A program made the position numbers and the translations under genes. 64,000 nt of DNA, from the sequence record DRR378314_1424, one strand, 5' to 3'. Under the pieces are notes generated by a model, which was not told where the DNA came from, did no database searches, and was given only the letters and a program-made list of their open reading frames with translations. Numbering within the stretch: the stretch's first letter is position 1; the number at the start of each line of letters is the position of its first letter. Below, piece after piece: positions 57,378 through 64,000 of this stretch.

Positions 57378-57809
57378 TTACGCCGCATCAGGCGCTTTGC
57401 ATAACCTCCAGAACTCTTGCAAAGTCTTAAGCACATCAGAGAGCTCTGACGCGCTGTCCGGTTTTACAATATAGCCATTCGCATTGTTCTGATACGCAAG
57501 CTCCACATCTTTTTTGCTTGCTGATGTTGTAAAGACAAACACACGCGCCAGTTTGATTTCTTCGGTTTTTCTCAACTTCGCAAGAAATTCATGCCCGTTC
57601 ATGCGCGGCATGTTGATGTCCAGCAAGATGACATAGGGACGGTCAAGCCGCTCGCTGAGCGCCTCGTCACACAGGATTTCCAGTGCTTCCACGCCATCTT
57701 TCGCGCGTAACAGGGATCCGGTCGACCCCAGTTTCCTCAACGACCGTCTGAGTATTTCCACGTCTACGTCATTGTCTTCGACCAGTAAGATGTTCATGTC
57801 ATGTTTCAT
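57378..57809 (-). CDS. Single-domain response regulator (CheY/Rcp1-like)
   Basis: ILLVEDN, ILLDINMPRMNG, TTS, YIVKP. Start at MKHDMN (57809). Confidence 0.93.
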   Translation of the reverse strand: MKHDMNILLVEDNDVDVEILRRSLRKLGSTGSLLRAKDGVEALEILCDEALSERLDRPYVILLDINMPRMNGHEFLAKLRKTEEIKLARVFVFTTSASKKDVELAYQNNANGYIVKPDSASELSDVLKTLQEFWRLCKAPDAA

Positions 57810-57810
57810 C

Positions 57811-59628
57811 TTATGCGGCCCTTTGTGACAGAAGAGATGTGGACTGCGACAGAGTACAAGGCCAGTCGAAATGGAAGGTCGCCCCCCTTCCAAGTTCAGA
57901 CTGAACCGTGATCTTACCACCATGGCGTTCGACCGCTTTTTTGACAATCGCCAGACCAATACCGGTGCTTTCGGGCATATGAGCCAGTCGAAGCGTCTGA
58001 AATACCTTGAAAATTCGATCATGAAACTTCGGATCGATACCCGGACCGTTATCGGATACTGAAAAACAACAACGATCTCCTTCAAGTTTGGCCGATACAA
58101 CAATCTGCAGCGGATCCGTACCGTCGTAGTATTTCACGGCATTCCCGATAAGGTTTTCCAAAACACGGCGCAGATTCACGGTATCCACATCAACGGCTTC
58201 GATATCTCCGTTCAGCACCAGTTGGTCTTCCCCCAGGCCCAGATCCAGGATCAAATCAACAAGCGCCCCTTTCAGATCCAGATGCCCAGTTTCACCGGCA
58301 TGCACATCAACCTTTGCATACTCCATGATGCCTTGCGTCAGTTGATTCATACGAACAACGCGGCTTTGAATCAGATGCAGGTTTTGGCGAACTTCCGGGT
58401 TTGCGTCTGCTGATGCAAAATACTCTTCAAGGTCCTCCTCGATCATCTCTGTCAGCCCGTTGATCCCGCGGATCGGCGTTTTCAGGTCATGGGACGCGAT
58501 ATAGGCAAATTCCTCAAGCGCCTCATTCTTCACCGACAATTCCTTGTTCATCGTGTTAAGCCTTGCGGTCTTGGCCTTTAGGGAAACGGTCACCTCGTCA
58601 GCATAGGAAATCGCCCGCTTGTTCGCCCGCGCCATGAGGAACAGCAGCGCGATAATCAACGCCTCGATCACCAGACCGGCAATCAGAATATATGTTGATT
58701 GCGAATAGGTGTTTTGCCCGCGAAACGCGAGGTTGCTCCGAATGTCGACGGTCCAGGTGCGCCCGTAAAGATTGATCGCAACCAGATCCGAATGCATCGG
58801 GTCGGCGTCATGTAATTCATCTATTGCAGCATGTTCATCGTAAATCAGGCTGCCGTCATCATGGATGCTAAAACGCACATTGCGCAGCTCTGTTGCCAGC
58901 AACCCTTGCATCAGCTTGTGAACAACAAATGGGGCATAGACCGCGCCGGCGGGCACACCGTTGTTTTCAAAGGGCGCATAGAACAGAAATCCCGGCGTGC
59001 TGCTTTCATCCTGAACAAGGGTGATGGGGCCGGTGATCTGTGACGTGCCTGTATCTCTGCTGGCCAGTGCGGCCGTGCGCCGGTTGGTTTCATGTGCGAC
59101 GTCCAGCCCGATGGCCGCCGCATTACTGCTTTCCGGCTCGATATAGGTAATCGGCATATAAAATGACTGCTCATGTTCCGGGAAAATCCGGAATTCCGGT
59201 CGGCTGCCGCGTTGTTCGGCCAGATAGGCGTCCAATGTCTGTGCAGTTTGGAAATGGATCACACCGATCCCGTTAATACCCGGATATTTTTCATGAATAT
59301 CCAATGTCTGTGCAAAGGCATGCCAATCCTCATAGGAGATATCCCCGCCATGTGACTCAATGGCGGCCACGCCCGCCCAAAGTGCATCCTCGTATTTTTC
59401 CATGCGGTCCACTATCAATGCCAAAGCGCGATCGCGCGCGGCCTCAAAACGCAGGCTGACCCGTGTTTCAATTTGCTGCCGCGAAAACTGCCAGGCGAAC
59501 AGGGTCAAACACAGGGAAAGAGTAACCACAATAACATGGATCGCTTTGATCCGGCTTTCTGCATTTGCAGGTATTTCATGCATCTGAGTCAAACTTTGAT
59601 CCTCCTGTTGGAATCTCTGCCTACTCAA
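57811..59628 (-). CDS. CHASE-domain sensor histidine kinase
   Basis: TM-CHASE (YPGINGIG, YIEP, AIGLD, GPITLVQD)-TM; SHDLKTP, NLIGNAVKY, DNGPGI, GIGL. Confidence 0.93.
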   Translation of the reverse strand: MSRQRFQQEDQSLTQMHEIPANAESRIKAIHVIVVTLSLCLTLFAWQFSRQQIETRVSLRFEAARDRALALIVDRMEKYEDALWAGVAAIESHGGDISYEDWHAFAQTLDIHEKYPGINGIGVIHFQTAQTLDAYLAEQRGSRPEFRIFPEHEQSFYMPITYIEPESSNAAAIGLDVAHETNRRTAALASRDTGTSQITGPITLVQDESSTPGFLFYAPFENNGVPAGAVYAPFVVHKLMQGLLATELRNVRFSIHDDGSLIYDEHAAIDELHDADPMHSDLVAINLYGRTWTVDIRSNLAFRGQNTYSQSTYILIAGLVIEALIIALLFLMARANKRAISYADEVTVSLKAKTARLNTMNKELSVKNEALEEFAYIASHDLKTPIRGINGLTEMIEEDLEEYFASADANPEVRQNLHLIQSRVVRMNQLTQGIMEYAKVDVHAGETGHLDLKGALVDLILDLGLGEDQLVLNGDIEAVDVDTVNLRRVLENLIGNAVKYYDGTDPLQIVVSAKLEGDRCCFSVSDNGPGIDPKFHDRIFKVFQTLRLAHMPESTGIGLAIVKKAVERHGGKITVQSELGRGATFHFDWPCTLSQSTSLLSQRAA

Positions 59629-59723
59629 AATGTATTGATATTCGATTTATCTTTTTTACCTGTTTGTATGACGCCCGATCGCTTGCCTGTCAGCGGATAC
59701 CCACGCCAAAATCCATGGTGCGA

Positions 59724-60035
59724 TCAGGGCGACAGTTCACTTTCCGCCAGAAGGGCCGCCCAAGAGGCCCCGTGAATATCGCGATCCATCCGCGCGCCCT
59801 GAATAAAGGGGCGCGGCAGGCTGAACTTGACGACGTTCAAATCAGCGATATCAAAACGTTTGATCTCTTGGGTCGCGACATCAAAGACCTGCGCGACCTG
59901 ACGGGTGGATAGGGTATTAACAACCTGATCATAAACATCTGAATCACCACAGAAAATATCAATGGTCAGCCAAAACGGCCCGGCATTCTTGCTGCGGACT
60001 TTCTGTACAATGTCACCCAACCTAGCCAATTTCAT
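59724..60035 (-). CDS. DUF4387 family small protein (AtuA partner)
   Basis: VRSKNAGPFWLTIDIF, VKFSLPRP, DRDIHG. Confidence 0.85.
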   Translation of the reverse strand: MKLARLGDIVQKVRSKNAGPFWLTIDIFCGDSDVYDQVVNTLSTRQVAQVFDVATQEIKRFDIADLNVVKFSLPRPFIQGARMDRDIHGASWAALLAESELSP

Positions 60036-61377
60036 GCACCTCCAATGTGAAAGCATCCATCGGATTCTCGAGCTGCAGAACATGGTTCAGCGTAAATTCA
60101 AACACCTCTCCGCGTGGCATTTCAGGCGGCGAGAAAAGAAAGGCGAAGGTCGGCACCTCTTCTTCCTGTGTCAAAGGATGATGCAGCAGGTAGGGGTTCA
60201 GCAGCTTGGCAATTTCCTGTGACAGGCCTTCGGATTTGGCCGTCACAATACCCATCGCGCAAATCTCTGTCGGGGTGATTTGTTTGGTTTCAAGCATCCC
60301 GAAACTTGCAGAGTGCCCAAGCAGCCGGATTTCAATCGAAAAGGCATCGGCTTCCAGATGCAGACGGTCCACTACCTTGGCGCTGCATTTCCCGACAATG
60401 TCATCTGCCCAGATCTGGGCATTCTGCACATATCTTTCATCCCGCAACAGCGCCATGGTCACGGTTTGAAACCCCGCGCCGCGCGCGCCTTCCAGCTTGA
60501 CGGTATAGCGCTCTGACGGCACCCATTCCGATCCGGTGACGCGCACGGATGTATCATTCAGCGGTTGATATTTCGCTTTGGAAACATCCAGATACCCGCC
60601 CGGTTCATGCAGAATAAAGGGGTCCGAATTTTCATAGAGCATATGTGCCGAAACTGTATGCGGGGTGGCCTTTGCCCCATCTGCAAGCGGCGTCACGGTG
60701 AAGCCTTCCGCATCAAAATCGATCAGGATCACACCTGATTGCGGATTGGTCGCACATAGCGCCCCACATTCGCCGATCTTGGCCCCATGCCAAGCGCCAC
60801 CAGCATGGCAGCCTCTCTGTAGAGGCAGCGCTGCGATGATCGCCGTATCCGTTGTGCGCCCTGCAATGATGATATCCGCCCCGGTGTTAAGCGCCTCGGT
60901 AATCTGTTCCGCCCCGGCAAGGGCAACAATATTGCTACAGCTTTCGATCAGCGCGGCATCGACATCCGGCGCGTTTGGCAAGGGCGTCACGCGCCCCTGC
61001 GTAAAGGCTTGGGCCATTTCTGCGGGGTGTTGTGAACTGCGCAGAACGGCGACCTTAACCGGGCGGCCTTGCTCGGCTGCGATCTCGCGGGTGATGTCAA
61101 GCATCCAGTCCACGGCGCTGTCCGCCCCGCAGGTGCCTGCCGTGCCGATCACCAAGGGACAGCCGGCATCGGCCCGCGCCTGCATCAGCCCAGCCCATTC
61201 CACCTTGGTCGAGCTGCGGGCATATTTTGACATGCCCCGCCCCAGATAGGCAGGGCCGCTGTCGGTTGAACCACCGTCAATTGCAATGATATAGGGCTTC
61301 GCCGCGATACCCCGCTGCAAAGCCACGGCATCATAGTTCAGACCCAAGGCACCGGAAGGAACAAGCACACGTACCAT
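60022..61377 (-). CDS. AtuA-like (DUF1446) protein
   Basis: PSGALG, DGGSTDSGP.YLG, GRTTD, AKIGECG, HMLYEN. Confidence 0.88.
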   Translation of the reverse strand: MVRVLVPSGALGLNYDAVALQRGIAAKPYIIAIDGGSTDSGPAYLGRGMSKYARSSTKVEWAGLMQARADAGCPLVIGTAGTCGADSAVDWMLDITREIAAEQGRPVKVAVLRSSQHPAEMAQAFTQGRVTPLPNAPDVDAALIESCSNIVALAGAEQITEALNTGADIIIAGRTTDTAIIAALPLQRGCHAGGAWHGAKIGECGALCATNPQSGVILIDFDAEGFTVTPLADGAKATPHTVSAHMLYENSDPFILHEPGGYLDVSKAKYQPLNDTSVRVTGSEWVPSERYTVKLEGARGAGFQTVTMALLRDERYVQNAQIWADDIVGKCSAKVVDRLHLEADAFSIEIRLLGHSASFGMLETKQITPTEICAMGIVTAKSEGLSQEIAKLLNPYLLHHPLTQEEEVPTFAFLFSPPEMPRGEVFEFTLNHVLQLENPMDAFTLEVHEIG

Positions 61378-62882
61378 CAATCCGTTACCGCCTGTGGCTT
61401 CTTGAGGATACCGCGCAGGAACATCGGTGCGACAAACCCCGCCACCGCCGCAATCCACAAGCCAATCGCAATCGGGCTGGAAAAGAGATAGGTCACATCA
61501 CCATCCGACAGGGTCATCGCCCGGCGCAGCGCGTCTTCCATATTCCCGCCCAACAGGATGCCAAGGATCACCGGCACAGTTGGAATATCCAGTTTGCGCA
61601 GGAAATACCCAAGCACCCCAAAAGCCACCATCAACAGCAGATCGAAATAGCTGCCGGACAGTGAATAAATCCCGACGAAAGAAATCATCGTGACTCCGGG
61701 CAACAGAATCCACGCTGGCACCATCAGAATTTTCACAAAGATCTTCACCATCGGCACGTTCATCAGCAACAGGACCACATTGGCGATCAATAGGGAGGCG
61801 ATCAGCCCCCAGACAACCTCTGGTCGGTCGGTGAACAAGGTCGGACCGGGCGTGATGTTAAGCGTCATCAATAGCGCCAGCAGCACCGCCGTTGTGCCTG
61901 AACCGGGCACACCCAAGGTCAGCATCGGCACCAGCGCCCCGCCTGCCGCCGCATTGTTCCCTGCTTCTGGCGCCGCAATCCCTTTGGGCACGCCGGTGCC
62001 AAAACCACCCTTTTCACCAGCAATGGATTTCTCTGTCATATAGGCAAGGAAAGATCCCAATGACGCCCCGGCCCCCGGCAGGATACCTGCAACAAACCCC
62101 ACACCAGAGGCGCGCAGCATCGTCCATTTGCTATGCCAGATGTCCGTCCATGGGATGCGCACCTTATCAAGGATCACCCCGATCGACGATCCCTTGCCAT
62201 GGGATTCGATAAAGAAAAACAATTCGGCTACGGCAAACAGCCCGACGATGGCCACTAGGAAATCAATACCGTCAAACAGATGCAGGTTGCCCCCCGTCAG
62301 ACGCGGCAGTCCCGATGATTGGTCCACGCCAATCATCGCAATACCCAGCCCGATACAGGCAGCAAGTGCGGCCTTGGCCTGATTGTTCGACGCCATGCCA
62401 CCCAACGTGCAAAAGGCAAGCAGGTAGAGGGCAAAATACTCCGCAGGCCCAAAAAGGAACGCCACACGGGCCAATGAGGGGGCCAGCAGCATCAACCCCA
62501 CGGTGGCCAGCAAGGCACCGACAAAAGAGGCAACACCGGATAGCACCAAGGCATCCCCTGCCCGTCCCGCCTTGGCCATCGGATAGCCATCCAGCGTAGT
62601 CATCAAGGCAGGCTCATCTCCGGGAATGTTCAGCAGAATCGAACTGATCCGCCCGCCATACATCGCGCCGTAGTAGACCGATGTCATCAGCACCAATGCC
62701 GATGTGGCATCAAGCCCCAACGTAAAGGTGATTGGGATCAGGATCGCCACACCGTTGGACGGGCCAAGCCCAGGCAGAGCCCCGATGATGGTGCCAAGGA
62801 AACATCCACAGACCGCAAGGAATAATGTGTAGGGCGACAAGGCCACGGTAAACCCCAAGGCGAGGTTGGCTAGGATATCCAT
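61377..62882 (-). CDS. tctA: Tripartite tricarboxylate transporter large permease
   Basis: GALPGLGP, YGGRISSIL.NIPG, APEAGNNA, LGVPGS. Confidence 0.93.
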   Translation of the reverse strand: MDILANLALGFTVALSPYTLFLAVCGCFLGTIIGALPGLGPSNGVAILIPITFTLGLDATSALVLMTSVYYGAMYGGRISSILLNIPGDEPALMTTLDGYPMAKAGRAGDALVLSGVASFVGALLATVGLMLLAPSLARVAFLFGPAEYFALYLLAFCTLGGMASNNQAKAALAACIGLGIAMIGVDQSSGLPRLTGGNLHLFDGIDFLVAIVGLFAVAELFFFIESHGKGSSIGVILDKVRIPWTDIWHSKWTMLRASGVGFVAGILPGAGASLGSFLAYMTEKSIAGEKGGFGTGVPKGIAAPEAGNNAAAGGALVPMLTLGVPGSGTTAVLLALLMTLNITPGPTLFTDRPEVVWGLIASLLIANVVLLLMNVPMVKIFVKILMVPAWILLPGVTMISFVGIYSLSGSYFDLLLMVAFGVLGYFLRKLDIPTVPVILGILLGGNMEDALRRAMTLSDGDVTYLFSSPIAIGLWIAAVAGFVAPMFLRGILKKPQAVTD

Positions 62883-62883
62883 T

Positions 62884-63372
62884 TCAGTGCCCCACAAACG
62901 GAATAAGAACGGTCAGCGCATTCCACAATTTTTCAACCGTCGGGATGCGATAGGCCACGATATTGCCAAGGCCCAGCGCGTATTTGAACAGAACAAACAG
63001 CCCCAGGGACAGGCCGATGCCAGAAAACACCGACGGGCCTGGCCGGTCGGAAATCTGATAGCTGAGAATACCGGCGGCAATCATCGTTGGCAGGATGAAA
63101 CCCAAGGGTGTCAGCATCACCGCGTAAATCGCCAGCACAAGAACCGCGATCCCCATCGAAAGAAAGGTGCGCGCGGCAGGCCAGTCAGGATCAGGGTCGG
63201 GTTTGAATACCATCACCAGCGAACTGATGGCCGCAACACAGCCGATCATAATCGGAAAGAGTTTCGGCAGGAATTCACCAGAAAAGAAATTTGTCTGGAT
63301 CTGAGTGGCAGCCGCGATATACGCGACTGCCGTGATCAGTGTGACCAGACCGAACAGACGGTCTGATGCCAT
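62884..63372 (-). CDS. tctB: Tripartite tricarboxylate transporter small permease
   Basis: Four TM segments, P.LFP, LGF; lies between tctC and tctA. Confidence 0.85.
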   Translation of the reverse strand: MASDRLFGLVTLITAVAYIAAATQIQTNFFSGEFLPKLFPIMIGCVAAISSLVMVFKPDPDPDWPAARTFLSMGIAVLVLAIYAVMLTPLGFILPTMIAAGILSYQISDRPGPSVFSGIGLSLGLFVLFKYALGLGNIVAYRIPTVEKLWNALTVLIPFVGH

Positions 63373-64000
63373 TACTGTGTCACTCCAAGCTCTTTGGACA
63401 TGGCAGCAATATCGCTTACCAGACCATCAACATAGGATTGGAAATCACCGCCCACTTTGGTGAAAGGTGCCAAACCGTTGTCTGCCATTGCCTTGGCCCA
63501 CTCCGGGCTGTCTGCAACCTGCTGCAGCTTGCCTGCCCATTCGTCAAACCGCTCATCCGAAATGCCCTTGGGCACATAGAGTCCACGCCAGTTAACCGCC
63601 ACGACATCGTAGCCTTGCTCTTTTGCTGTCGGGATATCGTCAAACCCCGGTACCCGTTCGTCGGTCAGTACGGCAATAACGCGAATCTCACCATTGGACA
63701 AAAAGCTGACAACCTCGGACATATCGCCGGTCATCGCTTGCGTGAACCCGCCAACCGTTTGAGTGATCGCATCCGCGCCACCATCAACACCAATGTATTT
63801 GACCTTTCTGATGTCGGTGAACCCGGCCTTTTGCAGGATCATCAACGGCTTCATGTGGTCAAAGCCCCCAACAGCCGAACCACCGGCAAAAGCGACAGAG
63901 CCGGGGTCGGCCTTGATCGCATCAACCATATCACCCAGCGTCTGGATCGGACTGTCTGCCGCAACCACAATGACACCGGGATCCGCCCCAATCGCGCCGA
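63372..64000 (-). CDS. tctC: Tripartite tricarboxylate transporter substrate-binding protein (5' end outside window)
   Basis: GGSAVGGFDH, DIPTAKEQGYDV..NWRG..P. Confidence 0.88.
   Translation of the reverse strand, partial: GAIGADPGVIVVAADSPIQTLGDMVDAIKADPGSVAFAGGSAVGGFDHMKPLMILQKAGFTDIRKVKYIGVDGGADAITQTVGGFTQAMTGDMSEVVSFLSNGEIRVIAVLTDERVPGFDDIPTAKEQGYDVVAVNWRGLYVPKGISDERFDEWAGKLQQVADSPEWAKAMADNGLAPFTKVGGDFQSYVDGLVSDIAAMSKELGVTQ

Noticed and set aside
1-64000. CRISPR array, rRNA, prophage or intact transposon
   Set aside because: No regularly spaced repeats, rRNA-like tracts, phage structural genes or complete transposase/integrase seen.

Overview
Chromosomal window from what looks like a marine Rhodobacteraceae (roseobacter-group) alphaproteobacterium; the taxon is inferred from gene content. 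It starts in the 3' end of a tRNA (probably Gln) and is a mosaic of accessory modules. In order: pirin/FAD oxidoreductase/LysR; a DUF4214 surface protein; a TPR-sulfotransferase; a decaying DHPS (2,3-dihydroxypropane-1-sulfonate) catabolic cluster (hpsNOP, comDE, broken TRAP transporter, broken slcD-like gene); a peptide-type ABC transporter; a LOV histidine kinase; a LexA-boxed radical SAM/UdgX pair; an RND pump; an MCP; an orphan three-gene helical, possibly pore-forming operon; a SAM-cyclase-STAND protein; a CHASE two-component pair; and AtuA-like/Tct genes. The standout is the translationally coupled five-gene operon at 49236-57092 (-). It encodes a LodA/GoxA-like CTQ quinoprotein split over two genes, with the C-terminal half fused to a ferritin-like domain. 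The cofactor segment of that half (C-x-P-x3-D-x3-C-x-C-x2-W-x5-D) closely follows the cross-link spacing of QhpC, the gamma subunit of quinohemoprotein amine dehydrogenase. The operon also encodes a radical SAM/SPASM enzyme, a LodB/QhpG-like flavoprotein and a BBE-like oxidase, and has a perfect CtrA box upstream. It looks like a hybrid of the two known CTQ biogenesis routes. All family calls come from motif recognition by eye; no searches were run.
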